The notes beneath the pieces were generated by a model. It had not been told where the DNA came from and made no database searches. It was given only the letters and a program-made list of their open reading frames with translations. A DNA stretch of 62,463 nucleotides, filler included. It is 7 parts of 7 records of this genome, joined end to end, with 100 filler letters (N's around TTAATTAATTAA, not from the genome) between each part and the next. Parts side by side here need not be neighbours in the genome. Positions count along the whole stretch, not along the records: positions 42,226 to 51,348 come from SRR31156797_70177; positions 51,449 to 56,909 come from SRR31156797_70230; positions 57,010 to 62,463 come from SRR31156797_70241; 4 more parts are not named here. One strand, given 5' to 3'. Numbering within the stretch: position 1 is the stretch's first letter; the number at the start of each line of letters is the position of its first letter. The position numbers and the translations under genes were made by a program. Shown in pieces: positions 48,442 to 59,121 of this stretch.

Positions 48442-50949
48442 ATGCGAATTGTAAAATTTATTTTGGTTTTTGTTTTGGGAATAACCTCCGTTTTAAAAAC
48501 CCATGCTTTGGATTTTGCAGACAACTCGTTTCTAATTGCAAAAGTAAATTCAACAGAATATCGGAGCAATCGGCTTTGGAATTTTTTACAGGAAAATAAT
48601 TGGTCGGGTATTGAGCTCGATCTGGACTTTGACACCCTAAATAACAACGCTTTTGTTCGAAACAGCAGGTTGCCATTTGCCGATGTATTAATAAAGGTTG
48701 AAGAGTTAATTGATAAAAACGATTCAAAAATATTTCCTGTATTTATTAATTATTCGGGAGACGTAGAACTCCTTGATTCAATCATAAATGCCTCGGCAAT
48801 ATCGACAAGGATATTTTATTTACCACAAGGTGAAAGGTGGCCATCAAATGAATACCTGGTTCAGGCAAATCGACGGGTAATTTTTTTTATTGAAGGGGAG
48901 ATTGAACATCAAAGCCGGATTCTTCATCACACCGATAATTATGCCTTGCAATTGGGAGCAAGCCGGATTACCCCAAATTCTGTTATATTAAGTGCTGAAT
49001 CAAATATCAATAAAGAACTATTTAAGGTTACTGATTTTCACCATTTACCAACCGGTGTGTCTACTTCGAAGATCAATAGTAACATGTATCCGGATTATAT
49101 TAATTTTTTGCTTGATAGTTGGACAAAGTACGGGAAAAAACCAAATTTTATTTCTGTTGGAAACAGTATATTCAACTTTAGTTTTATAATAAGCCAACTT
49201 AATTCTTTCGAGGTTATAAAAGGGCAGGTTCGAACATCCGGAAAGAATCTTGACCGTGTGTACTGGCGAAATGCAGAAACACTAATTACTGGTGGTAAAT
49301 TTAGTTTTCCTATACGCGGAGGAGATGAAATGATCTTAACTCCTTTTGTGCCAGGCTATAGTTTAACTCCGTCGCAACTCATTATTACAGCTGAAATGAC
49401 CGTACCCGAACATTATTCAATAATGGCTCATCCACTCAACCTGAATCAGGGACTTGTTGCAAGTTTTCATTTCGAGAATGATTTAGTGGACGTTGTAAAT
49501 CCCACCAGAAGTTTTGATGGAAATGCATATTCTTTTAGTCAGGACATTGAAAGGGGGACAGTATTAAGGCTTCCGGAAAATGCCAATGTAAATTTAGGAG
49601 AACCATCACTGTATAACTTTCCGAATAGTAGTTTTACAGTTAGTTGTTACGTGAAGTTTACAGATATATTAGAATATGGCGATAACGCGATTCTTGGAAA
49701 CGATGAAGAAGGTTATCGACGCGGAATGCATTTGGTTTTACGATCTGGTCATCCATATTTTGGTTTATGGGCCAACGATTTTATGTCAACGGAAATAATA
49801 GAGCCTAACATCTGGTATCATTTAACCTGGCGGTATATTATTGAAACGGGGCAACAGGCCATTTTTGTTAATGGCCAGTATAGTGGTGGATCAGATAGCC
49901 ATCCACCCTATTCGGGAACAAGCGATATTCATATCGGCAGTGCCTTATCGGGTGGGGCGAGTTTACGAGGCTATATCGATAATTTACATATTTGGAACAG
50001 ACCTTTGGGTAATGAAGAAATAAGCAGAATTGCCGTTGATGAGGAAATTATTATTGAACAACCGGAGGAGGAATTTAAGCTGTTCTCCATGAAAAATTTG
50101 GTAATACTGTTGGGTGTATTTGCAGGATTAAGTGTTTTTCTAATTATTGTTTTGCTGCTAAAAGCAAATGCAAAGAAAAATTCTATATTGTTAAACAAGC
50201 CCGAAACGCCTACCAAAAATCAGATACAGTTGTTTGGCGAATTTAAAGCGATTAACAATTCGAATGAAGATGTATCAGATTTGTTTACTCCAAAAGTAAA
50301 AGAATTGTTTATTTATACTTTGGTTGTCAATTTGAGAAACAGAATTGGTGCACCTATTGCTGAAGTTAACGAAACGCTTTGGCATGGTATAGACTCAAAG
50401 AAAGTTGCAAATAACCGTTCAGTAACCCTAAATAAATTGCGAAAAATCCTTGGTAATTTTGATAAAATAGAGATAACCTCTGCCAATGGATATCTTCAAA
50501 TGAAAATGTCGGAAACTTTTTTTTGCGATTATGTTGAAGCGTATCATCTGTGCCAGATCTCAGAAGGAATGTCGCGTGAGCAGTTACAGTTATTCTTTCA
50601 TTTGGTTAAAAAAGGTCGTCTTCTTAAAGGGACAGATTGGCTCTGGTTGGATGATATCAGAGGATTTACGGGGAACCAGGTAATTGATAACCTGTTAAAA
50701 CTGGCATCTTCTTATAAGAAAGAGAATAAACCAAAGGAGGTGGAAAAAGTGGCACAACGAATTCTTGATTACGACGATTTGAATGAAGAAGCTATATTTC
50801 TTCAGATCTGGGCTCTTCAAAAGGCTAATAATTCGCATATGGCCAGGTTTTACTTCAACTCATTCTGTTCAAAATATGAAAAAAATATGGGGGAAGTATT
50901 TCGGATGAATTTTAGTGAGTTCGCCGGGTATTATTCAGAGAGGCTATAG
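48442..50949 (+). CDS. one-component transmembrane regulator: periplasmic PLC-like and LamG domains, TM, cytoplasmic wHTH/BTAD-like
   Basis: Signal peptide; IELDL; LamG (SFTVS, WYHL, GYIDNLHIWNRPL); one TM; IQLFGEF, LW, VTLNKLRK and DDLNEEA, typical of SARP-like C-termini. Confidence 0.75.
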   Translation: MRIVKFILVFVLGITSVLKTHALDFADNSFLIAKVNSTEYRSNRLWNFLQENNWSGIELDLDFDTLNNNAFVRNSRLPFADVLIKVEELIDKNDSKIFPVFINYSGDVELLDSIINASAISTRIFYLPQGERWPSNEYLVQANRRVIFFIEGEIEHQSRILHHTDNYALQLGASRITPNSVILSAESNINKELFKVTDFHHLPTGVSTSKINSNMYPDYINFLLDSWTKYGKKPNFISVGNSIFNFSFIISQLNSFEVIKGQVRTSGKNLDRVYWRNAETLITGGKFSFPIRGGDEMILTPFVPGYSLTPSQLIITAEMTVPEHYSIMAHPLNLNQGLVASFHFENDLVDVVNPTRSFDGNAYSFSQDIERGTVLRLPENANVNLGEPSLYNFPNSSFTVSCYVKFTDILEYGDNAILGNDEEGYRRGMHLVLRSGHPYFGLWANDFMSTEIIEPNIWYHLTWRYIIETGQQAIFVNGQYSGGSDSHPPYSGTSDIHIGSALSGGASLRGYIDNLHIWNRPLGNEEISRIAVDEEIIIEQPEEEFKLFSMKNLVILLGVFAGLSVFLIIVLLLKANAKKNSILLNKPETPTKNQIQLFGEFKAINNSNEDVSDLFTPKVKELFIYTLVVNLRNRIGAPIAEVNETLWHGIDSKKVANNRSVTLNKLRKILGNFDKIEITSANGYLQMKMSETFFCDYVEAYHLCQISEGMSREQLQLFFHLVKKGRLLKGTDWLWLDDIRGFTGNQVIDNLLKLASSYKKENKPKEVEKVAQRILDYDDLNEEAIFLQIWALQKANNSHMARFYFNSFCSKYEKNMGEVFRMNFSEFAGYYSERL

Positions 50950-51001
50950 AAGAAAAGGGCGGAACAAATCCACCCTCCTATAACTAATAAATGTTCATTC
51001 A

Positions 51002-51348
51002 TTATTTGTCAGCCTGTTCTAATTCAACAGAAAAATGTCGCATAATCGGGGCTTCATTTTTTATCCGATATCCGTGTTCAATATTTTCCCGTCTGTCAAA
51101 TATATTTTTTAAAGCTACTGCTACAACATCCATGTGGTTATTTGTATAAGTACGTCGTGGAATGGCTAAGCGCAACATTTCCAATTTAGGGTAGCGGTTT
51201 TCTCGTGTATCAGGATCGCGGTCAGCAAGCAGAGTCCCGATCTCTACCCCTCTTACTCCTGCTTCAAGATACAATTCGATGGCAAGGGTTTGCGCAATAT
51301 ATTCTTCTTTGGGTACATGGCTAAGGAATTTTTTAGCATCAACAAAAA
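51002..51348 (-). CDS. tnaA: tryptophanase, C-terminal fragment
   Basis: LYLEAGVRGVEIG, RLAIPRRTYT, and MRHF (His as in tryptophanase rather than Phe as in tyrosine phenol-lyase). Confidence 0.85.
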
Positions 51349-51448
51349 NNNNNNNNNNNNNNNNNNNNNNNNNNNNNNNNNNNNNNNNNNNNTTAATTAA
51401 TTAANNNNNNNNNNNNNNNNNNNNNNNNNNNNNNNNNNNNNNNNNNNN
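51349..51448. other. artificial contig spacer
   Basis: N-run + TTAATTAATTAA + N-run. Confidence 0.99.
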
Positions 51449-51621
51449 TTTTTCTCAATTTGGTTGCGAATTTCATCAATCCGTTCCGAAATTGTATTGA
51501 TGGTTGCCATTAAAGACTTCTCCATCGCTTCAAATAAGGGCAGCATCCTTTCCGAAACCTTCAGAATTTTCTTCTGACGGGCACGTTCAGTCTTTGTATA
51601 TTTAATTTTTATACCTGCCAT
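51449..51621 (-). CDS. V/A-type ATPase subunit D, N-terminal fragment
   Basis: IKYTKTE...KILKVSERMLP resembles subunit D N-termini; operon context agrees. Confidence 0.7.
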
Positions 51622-52121
51622 TATTTGTCCTCCTTATTTTTTACCGGATCTACCACCGACGCCAGAACTTCGGCCCCCCTTTCATTGTTAAACGAATGCA
51701 ATCTACTCAGAATCTGCAGTTTCAGTTTATACACCAGAACTTCAGTTAAGGAGAATGTTTTTCCTGCTTCAATGGTATCCAACTCTTCCCACTGCCAACG
51801 CATAATTTTCTCTTCGCGTTGTAATGGATTTCCAGCGATTACCTCTTTAGGCAAACATTCCAGCTTAGGTTGACGGTTTTGTCCCCTTGCCTGACGAACT
51901 TCTGAAAGATCCTGTTGAACATTTTTCAGCAATGAAGAAATGGATCTAACACCATTCTTTGTTGCATTCATTTTCTGCATATCAACCGATTCGAGTACTT
52001 TAAAATGCCTGGCCGACAACTGGCTTTTTGCATCCATGTTAAACTCTTCGATTGAAATGGGCGGCACCTGCCCCAGGGTCAACGATGGCAAACTGGTCAT
52101 AAGATATACCATGTTTGACAT
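51621..52121 (-). CDS. DUF2764-family V-ATPase-associated protein (subunit C-like)
   Basis: YLMTSLPSL, NPLQRE, FSLTEVLVYKLKLQIL, ERG. Confidence 0.8.
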   Translation of the reverse strand: MSNMVYLMTSLPSLTLGQVPPISIEEFNMDAKSQLSARHFKVLESVDMQKMNATKNGVRSISSLLKNVQQDLSEVRQARGQNRQPKLECLPKEVIAGNPLQREEKIMRWQWEELDTIEAGKTFSLTEVLVYKLKLQILSRLHSFNNERGAEVLASVVDPVKNKEDK

Positions 52122-52123
52122 AC

Positions 52124-52729
52124 TTAATCCTCCTGGGCTTTTGTAATACGATCAACCAAATCTTTATTTAGTAAAGAAAACAGTCCAGCTTCAACATCTT
52201 TCCTGCTCAATACGAAACTTATGCCCTCTTTGTCGGTAGATTTCACTTTTATTTTTGCTTTACTAATAGAAAGCGGTTGAAGTGTAACTTCATCTTTAAG
52301 CCCTTCTTTAATCAGAAATGCTTCCATATCTTTTTGCAGCTCTGGTGCAACCTTAACTGATTTATTTCCTGATATAGAAGCAAGTACGGCTTTTAACAAT
52401 TCCTGTAAGTATTGTTCCTGAGTAAACAAGGTACGACACTCCTCGCCAAAAACAGATCGCATGTATTTCAACACCGCAATTTTAGTTGCTTCAACCATGT
52501 CGCGGGAAGCCTGTGCAATAGCAGTTTGCGCATTTTTTTCCATCTGAGCGGCTTTGGTTTCTGCTTCCTGAACAATTGTCTTGCTGCTTGCTTTGGCTTC
52601 TGCAATAAGTTGTTCAGCCTGCTGCTTCGCATTTTCAATTATGCGTTGTTTTTCTTCTTCTCCGGCATTAATTCCTTGTTCCTTCAGTTTCGAAACAATT
52701 CCTTCCAGATTTTCTTTATTGTATTTCAT
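52124..52729 (-). CDS. V/A-type ATPase subunit E
   Basis: KLKEQGINAGEEE coiled coil and QASRD; operon context. Confidence 0.82.
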   Translation of the reverse strand: MKYNKENLEGIVSKLKEQGINAGEEEKQRIIENAKQQAEQLIAEAKASSKTIVQEAETKAAQMEKNAQTAIAQASRDMVEATKIAVLKYMRSVFGEECRTLFTQEQYLQELLKAVLASISGNKSVKVAPELQKDMEAFLIKEGLKDEVTLQPLSISKAKIKVKSTDKEGISFVLSRKDVEAGLFSLLNKDLVDRITKAQED

Positions 52730-52748
52730 CTTAACTCCTGATTAGTGG

Positions 52749-54053
52749 TTAATTCCAATATTGATCGATCAATTTTTTACTCAACCCTGTTTCGGTTGGC
52801 TCAAAATGCCTTTTTAATATATCCCAGCATTTATCCAGTGCTGCTTCCAACTCAATGGATTCACCAAAAGGCTCTTCCATGTTCGTAATAAAATCTTCAC
52901 GGTAACCTAATAATTTTTGAGAGAAAGCATCGTTTGCAGCTCCAACCTCAGCTGCTTCATGAGCTTTTTCAGCATCGGCAAGTAACGATGCCATTGCTGT
53001 CATTATGGGTCGGTGATCATCACGGGTATCGCCATTTACCTGTTGCTTTAATCTTGAAAGCGAGCGTGCTAACTTCAGTTTACCGTTATCAAGGAAAAAC
53101 TGTCCTTCAGTAATGTAACCCGTATTATCCGGCACAGGATCCTCGAGCGATTCCAGCGTAGTCGCTCCAATAATAGTAATCGAACCAGCTCCTTCAATAT
53201 CGGCAGCTACTTCGTATCGTTTTGCCAATTCAGAATACAGCGATCCCGGATACCCTTGAAGCGACGGAATTTGATCCTGGTAGTTGGCCACGTTACGCAA
53301 AATATTCGACCAGTTCGTCATATCTGTAAGCAGTACTAATACATCTTTGCCCTGATCGGCAAACTCGCGTGCAACACTTAAGGCCACATCCGGTAACATC
53401 AAACCTTTAATCTGAGAATCACCTGCAAGGTGCGAGAACATAATAGTTTTATCAATGTTACCCGACTGCGATAATTGTTCTTTGAAATAATGATATTCGT
53501 CGAACTTTAAACCGATACCGGCAAAGATTATCACATCAGCTTGTGCGCCTTGTGCAATTTGCGACAGCAAACGGTTGTATGGCTCCGTTGGACCAGCAAA
53601 AATTGGAATTTTTTGCGATTTCACAAGCGTATTAAATACATCAATCATCGGGATACCTGTCCACAATGGTTGTTTGGGCACCAAACGCACTGTTGGATTT
53701 AAAGTATCTAAACGGGTTGAAACCTGTTTTTCAAATATAATGTCAGGTCCACCATCGGCGACATCACCTACTCCATCAAAACTACGTCCGAGCATATTGG
53801 GCGAAAATCCAGCGGTTAAAGGAATTTCGTGCATTCGAATTTTAGTTTGTGTACTCAATCCCTGAGTTCCGTTAAACACCTGGAAACGGGTTGAATCTTC
53901 GGAAATATTAATGGCTTTAGCAAACGAAAGACTTTGGTTGCTTCCTGCTTCGAGTAACTCAACCACATGGTTCAAAGCAACACCTGGATTTCCTTCAACA
54001 GAAATCAAAGCTTTACCAACCTCGCTTATTCGATTTATTTCTTTTCGTATCAT
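52749..54053 (-). CDS. V/A-type ATPase subunit B
   Basis: TGIPMIDVFNTLVKSQKIPIF, LLTDMT, GYPGSLYS, PDNTGYITEGQ, SLSRLK. Confidence 0.93.
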   Translation of the reverse strand: MIRKEINRISEVGKALISVEGNPGVALNHVVELLEAGSNQSLSFAKAINISEDSTRFQVFNGTQGLSTQTKIRMHEIPLTAGFSPNMLGRSFDGVGDVADGGPDIIFEKQVSTRLDTLNPTVRLVPKQPLWTGIPMIDVFNTLVKSQKIPIFAGPTEPYNRLLSQIAQGAQADVIIFAGIGLKFDEYHYFKEQLSQSGNIDKTIMFSHLAGDSQIKGLMLPDVALSVAREFADQGKDVLVLLTDMTNWSNILRNVANYQDQIPSLQGYPGSLYSELAKRYEVAADIEGAGSITIIGATTLESLEDPVPDNTGYITEGQFFLDNGKLKLARSLSRLKQQVNGDTRDDHRPIMTAMASLLADAEKAHEAAEVGAANDAFSQKLLGYREDFITNMEEPFGESIELEAALDKCWDILKRHFEPTETGLSKKLIDQYWN

Positions 54054-55825
54054 AGTGTATATTCTTCTTGTGAAATAAATTGTTCAATTTTTGGGAGAAG
54101 TTCTGCCATTTCATCCAGACTCTGAGCTGTGCTATTCCATTCTCTCCACCACTGTCGCAGTTCATCAAATTTAGCTTTTACCAACTCTTTCACCTCTTCG
54201 TCTTCCATTCCTTCTTGAGAAAAATTGATGGAATTATCAATTAGTTTCTGTACGGCCTCATTTATAACAATTAAGCGTTCCGGACGTGTACAGGCATCCA
54301 ATTTATGAAAAGCATTTTGCTGCATCACACAAAAATCGATGGTTAATCCTTTTTGATACATTACATATTTATCAACCGGAACCTTTTTTAATCCAATTGT
54401 ACTGATTGTTTGGTCAATTCCATTTGCTTCGTGCAATGTTTGAAGCATTTTGTTCCGATCAGTCCATGAAATAAAACTATCGTAAACCGAAGAAGTATAG
54501 GCCAGTGGATCAATAGCCGGATATTTTTTTGCATCGGCACGGTCTTGCGATAATCCCCAGAAACCACCTGTAGCATCCATTGTAGCCTGAGTAACGGGCT
54601 CCTGAAAATTACCACCCGCAGGAGAAACTGTTCCAATAAAAGTTAGCGAACCACCGGTTCCCTCATCGGCACCGGCACGTTGATACATCCCTTTTATCTG
54701 ATCAGGAATATCCATTGGGAATGCTTCGGGTCCCGGGATGTCTCCCTGACGACCACTTCGTTCGCGTAGTGCCTGTGCCCAACGTGAAGTTGAATCGGCT
54801 AAAAGAATTACGCTGTAACCTTGATAGCGGTAGTATTCGCCTACAGTAAGTGCAATAAATACACTGGCCTCGCGGGCAGCTACCGGCATCGAACTGGTAT
54901 TTCCAAATATACACATCCGGTTCATTAACGAATCACCTGTTGAAGGATCATCCAATTCGGCAAAATCTTTAAATACCTCAACCGCTTCTCCTGCACGTTC
55001 ACCACAAGCAGCCATAATAATGATATCGGCTAAAGCATATTTACATAACGAGTGCTGTAAAACAGTTTTACCGGCACCAAACGGACCAGGATTACCAACG
55101 GTACCTCCATAACCAACGGGTGCTAACAAATCGATAACACGAACACCTGTTGAAATGGTTTTGCTCGGAATGGCACGTTCCTTAAAAGGAATAGGCTCTT
55201 TTACTGCCTGACGGAATGCCAACCTTAACTCGTGCTTCGTGTTTTGACTATCGGCAACCACTGCGACAACCTGAGTAATATTTACCGAACTTTTTTCAAT
55301 GATACTTTCAACCTTACATTTGCCAAGATTAAAAGGAACTAAAATTTTATGATCCAGTCTTCCCTCGGGCACTGAAGCAATGGCATCGCCACCTTTTACA
55401 AAGTCGCCAACCGTTACACAGGGAGTAAACTCCCATAATTTTTCTTCATCCAGTGCAGGAGCTTTCATTCCTGGCACCAAATAAGCATCTTGTTCTCCTA
55501 AAGTGTACAAAGGATTTTGAAGCCCATCCCAGATACTCGTTAAAAGTCCAGGCCCCAAGAGTACCGATAAAGGTTTCCCGGTAAATTCAACCATATCGCC
55601 AATTTGTGCTCCGGTCAAATCTTCAAATACCTGCATCTCTACAATACCTGCATCGGGATTTTTTGGGTCGGGTATAATCTGCAATACCTCGGCCTGAAGA
55701 AGCTTACCATCCACGGTGATCTGGGCGGTTTCACCCATTATCACATCGTCGAAGAAACGTGCTTTTACCAACGAGTCCTGAATCGCTATTAGAGTTCCAG
55801 TTCTCTTTTTAATACTATCGTTCAT
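54050..55825 (-). CDS. V/A-type ATPase catalytic subunit A
   Basis: DGLQNPL, PGPFGAGKT, CGERAGE, NTSSMPVAAREAS, ADSTSRWAQA, VSPAGG. Confidence 0.95.
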   Translation of the reverse strand: MNDSIKKRTGTLIAIQDSLVKARFFDDVIMGETAQITVDGKLLQAEVLQIIPDPKNPDAGIVEMQVFEDLTGAQIGDMVEFTGKPLSVLLGPGLLTSIWDGLQNPLYTLGEQDAYLVPGMKAPALDEEKLWEFTPCVTVGDFVKGGDAIASVPEGRLDHKILVPFNLGKCKVESIIEKSSVNITQVVAVVADSQNTKHELRLAFRQAVKEPIPFKERAIPSKTISTGVRVIDLLAPVGYGGTVGNPGPFGAGKTVLQHSLCKYALADIIIMAACGERAGEAVEVFKDFAELDDPSTGDSLMNRMCIFGNTSSMPVAAREASVFIALTVGEYYRYQGYSVILLADSTSRWAQALRERSGRQGDIPGPEAFPMDIPDQIKGMYQRAGADEGTGGSLTFIGTVSPAGGNFQEPVTQATMDATGGFWGLSQDRADAKKYPAIDPLAYTSSVYDSFISWTDRNKMLQTLHEANGIDQTISTIGLKKVPVDKYVMYQKGLTIDFCVMQQNAFHKLDACTRPERLIVINEAVQKLIDNSINFSQEGMEDEEVKELVKAKFDELRQWWREWNSTAQSLDEMAELLPKIEQFISQEEYTL

Positions 55826-56308
55826 AGTAGTAGATATTTATTTTATGGTGTTAAAGAAAATCAAAACAAATTACTTATTGTAACCATACTCCAAATCTGT
55901 TAACATTTGTTTGCAATAGTTGTCGATTTTCTTTCTTTTTTCATCGGCTTAAAGCAGGCTGATTTCTCAAATATTGTTCCTTATTTATGAAATTAAAAAC
56001 TTTTATTGATTTCCAAAATGCATTTTATAATTTATTAACATGCACGGGTAATAGAACAAAAAATTATGTTATTGTAATCGTTTACAAGACCTAAGATAAT
56101 CTTGCTTTGGATGTTGAAACAAAAATTGGCCATGTAAATTCAGGTATAATTTATTGGCCAGAGAACACTCTTTCGTGATGATTATATCTTATCCCAAAAT
56201 GTAAAAAAACAATTTAAGCAGAAGGTAAGAAAATTCCATTTAAAGCTTTTGGCAATTCCGCTATAAAAACAAAAAAAACATTTCTTTTTATCTATACCTG
56301 CAAATTGG

Positions 56309-56909
56309 TTATTCAACTTCGGTATGACTAATACCAGGCAGATTTTCTATAAAATATCTTTGATCATTTACCTCGTATACCTCCGGTCTTTTTTTCCAGT
56401 CCATTTCCAACGTTGTAACAGGCTGTGTTGTCAATAATGCAATTTGCGCCATTGTAAGTGGCTGTGTTTCTCCAGATATACTGGTTTTATTAAATTTTGG
56501 AACTGCTTTTACCTTACTGTCATTTTCCACAAATAAATCTACTGTTTCGCCGTTGGCCAGGTATAATTTTATATTCTTTCCTTGTTTTAGATATCCAAAA
56601 TACCGCTGCCCGTCTCCTACCGGGAAATCCCAATTATAACCAATCCTGATAGCTCCTTCAGTATTGGCACAACTAAGTTTGCAACGTACTTTTGCTGCAG
56701 CCTCACCAAAATAATTTTCCAATCGTTTGCTTACCTGAAAAACAAACTCAACCGGATCTGTTTTAAGTACGTGCGAAGAATCAATTGCAATAATCACCTT
56801 TTCCTTTGTTTTATACGAAACCAGGTCTTCTTTTTCTTCAACTATCTTTTTCTCTTCATATTTCCAGGTTCCATCGTCAAACAATAATACCGTGTTTCCC
56901 GATTCGGTA
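56309..56909 (-). CDS. hypothetical protein with a DUF3157-like N-terminal motif, 5' truncated
   Basis: Frame open to the contig edge: TESGNTVLLFDDGTWKY. Confidence 0.6.
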
Positions 56910-57009
56910 NNNNNNNNNNNNNNNNNNNNNNNNNNNNNNNNNNNNNNNNNNNNTTAATTAATTAANNNNNNNNNNNNNNNNNNNNNNNNNNNNNNNNNNN
57001 NNNNNNNNN
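56910..57009. other. artificial contig spacer
   Basis: N-run + TTAATTAATTAA + N-run. Confidence 0.99.
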
Positions 57010-57030
57010 AATCGTTGATGTTTTATGCAG

Positions 57031-58956
57031 TTACTTCTTTGCGTCGACTTCCTTGAGCAGAGATTCGGTTTCGTCCAGGAGGTTTTCAAAGAGATTCATG
57101 CAATCCTGGTACGGCTTGGGTGACGTCATGTCGACACCAGCGTCCTTCAGCAGGTCGACGGGGTACTTGCTGCAGCCGGCCTTGAGGAAGTCCATGTAAG
57201 CCTTGATCGCCTTGGGGTCACCACTTTCGATGCGCTTCGCCAGGGCGGTAGCCGCACAGTAACTGGTGGAGTACTTGTAGACGTAGAAGTTGTAGTAGAA
57301 GTGCGGGATACGAATCCAGTAGTTGTCCACGACATCGTCATGAACGTATGCAGGACCGTAGTAGTTCTTCATGATTTCCCCGTACGTCTTTCCGAGGGTA
57401 TCGGCGGTCAGAGGCTGGCCTGCTTCTGCCATTTCGTGAATCTTCTGTTCGAACTCGCTGAACATCGTCTGGCGGAAGACGGTACCGCGGACGGTTTCGA
57501 GGAACTCGCCCAGAAGCTGGAGCTTCTGCATCTTGTTGTCGATGTTCTTCAGCATGTAGTTCTGCAGCAGAATCTCGTTGGTCGTCGAAGCGACTTCCGC
57601 ACAGAAGATGTCGTAATTGCTGTAGACGTACGGCTGGGTTCCGCGTGAGAAGAACGAGTGCATCGAGTGACCCATTTCATGAGCCAGTGTCGAGACGTCT
57701 TCATAGCCACCGTGGAAGTTGAGCAGGATGAACGGCTGGGTCAGGTACGTGCCACTTGAGTAAGCGCCGCTGCGTTTGCCCTTGGTCGGGTAGACGTCGA
57801 TCCAGCGGGATTCGATTCCTTTTTCCATCGGGTCGAGGTATTCCGGACCGAACGGCTGCAGTGCCTTGGTCATCAGCTCGACGCCTTCTTCGTAGGTGAA
57901 CTCCATCTTTTCGCCATCAGCCATCGGGGCGAAGAGGTCGTATGCATGCACACCGTCTTCAAGCTTCAGAACTTCCTTGCGGATTTTCTGGTAACGGTGC
58001 AGCAGGGGGAGGTTGTCGTTGACGGTCTTCACCAGGGTGTTGTAGACCTCGACCGGGATGTTGCCACCATCAAGAGCTGCCTGGAGACAGCTGTCGTAGC
58101 CACGGGCTTTCTGCTGGAGAATGTGTGACTGGACAAGGCCGTTCAGCAGGGCGGCGGCAGTGTTGCCAAAGCCTTTGTAGGTGCCGATCAGTCCCTTGTA
58201 AGCTTTTTCGCGGATGTTGCGATCCGGATCACGCATCAGCAGATAGAATGCTGCGTCGTTCAGTTCCACTTCCTGGCCGTTGGCGTCCATCTTGGGAAAC
58301 TGAATGTCTGAGTTCGTGAGGACGTTATATGCAGAGTAAGGCGTGCGGAGTGCATCGCCTGCCATGGCGAGGATTTTTTCTTCCTTGTCGGAAAGGACGT
58401 GTTCCTTCTGGCGGTACAGGTTATGGAAGAACTGTGCGTACACAGCAAGGTCTTTGTCTTTGGACATCCACTTCTTGACGGTGCTGTACGGGATGGATGT
58501 CATTTCCGGTGTAAACCAGGCTGTCTCCTGCCCGTACTGGACAAACAGGCCGATCACTTTGTTCTTCATGCCCAGGTGTTCGGAAACGCTGGTATCCTGA
58601 TCTGACAGGAGTGATGCATAGACATACACGCGGTCGAGGCGAGCTTCGAGGTCGTCGCTCATCTTCAGGAATTTAACCAGGTTGTCTGCCCCGCCATTGG
58701 CCAGGGAACCCTTGAACTTGTCGAGCTTTCCGATTTCGCCTTTGGCTGCATTGAATTCTTTTTCCCATTCTTTTTTGTTGGGGAAGATGAGTTCGGTTGC
58801 CCAGGTGTATTTCTTCGGGAGTTCTTCCCGGTTTTTGATCAGGCTGTTTGATGCGCCGGAATCCGGTTTCATCGTCTTGGATACGGGTTCTGCCCCGTTA
58901 CTTTCAAATGCGTAGAACATGACGACTCCCATTGCCAGTACCAGTAGTTTTTTCAT
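57031..58956 (-). CDS. pepF: oligoendopeptidase F (M3B) with a signal peptide
   Basis: WIDV, GKRSGAYS, HEMGH, AEVAS, RQTMFSEFE, RIPHFY. Confidence 0.95.
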   Translation of the reverse strand: MKKLLVLAMGVVMFYAFESNGAEPVSKTMKPDSGASNSLIKNREELPKKYTWATELIFPNKKEWEKEFNAAKGEIGKLDKFKGSLANGGADNLVKFLKMSDDLEARLDRVYVYASLLSDQDTSVSEHLGMKNKVIGLFVQYGQETAWFTPEMTSIPYSTVKKWMSKDKDLAVYAQFFHNLYRQKEHVLSDKEEKILAMAGDALRTPYSAYNVLTNSDIQFPKMDANGQEVELNDAAFYLLMRDPDRNIREKAYKGLIGTYKGFGNTAAALLNGLVQSHILQQKARGYDSCLQAALDGGNIPVEVYNTLVKTVNDNLPLLHRYQKIRKEVLKLEDGVHAYDLFAPMADGEKMEFTYEEGVELMTKALQPFGPEYLDPMEKGIESRWIDVYPTKGKRSGAYSSGTYLTQPFILLNFHGGYEDVSTLAHEMGHSMHSFFSRGTQPYVYSNYDIFCAEVASTTNEILLQNYMLKNIDNKMQKLQLLGEFLETVRGTVFRQTMFSEFEQKIHEMAEAGQPLTADTLGKTYGEIMKNYYGPAYVHDDVVDNYWIRIPHFYYNFYVYKYSTSYCAATALAKRIESGDPKAIKAYMDFLKAGCSKYPVDLLKDAGVDMTSPKPYQDCMNLFENLLDETESLLKEVDAKK

Positions 58957-59121
58957 ATGACGTGCTCCATTAACGATTGTGGAAAAGACGGGTTATTGTG
59001 TCAGCGATCCGGTGGCGTCCCCGTCGAGCGTCCCGGAATTCTGTAGCGTAGCCTTCTGCGGGTATGCATTCAAGCAGGGCATCGTCAGAAAATGTATCAA
59101 ACCTGACGATGGTACAGGGAA

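Noticed and set aside
55826-56308. Long AT-rich intergenic region as a possible riboswitch or ncRNA upstream of the V-ATPase
   Set aside because: No recognisable aptamer or convincing stem was found by eye. An Rfam/Infernal scan would be needed.
12377-57009. Six identical TTAATTAATTAA motifs in N-runs, and abrupt GC shifts across them
   Set aside because: These are artificial contig spacers. The GC shifts reflect different source organisms, not islands. ORFs containing X runs are artefacts at their ends.
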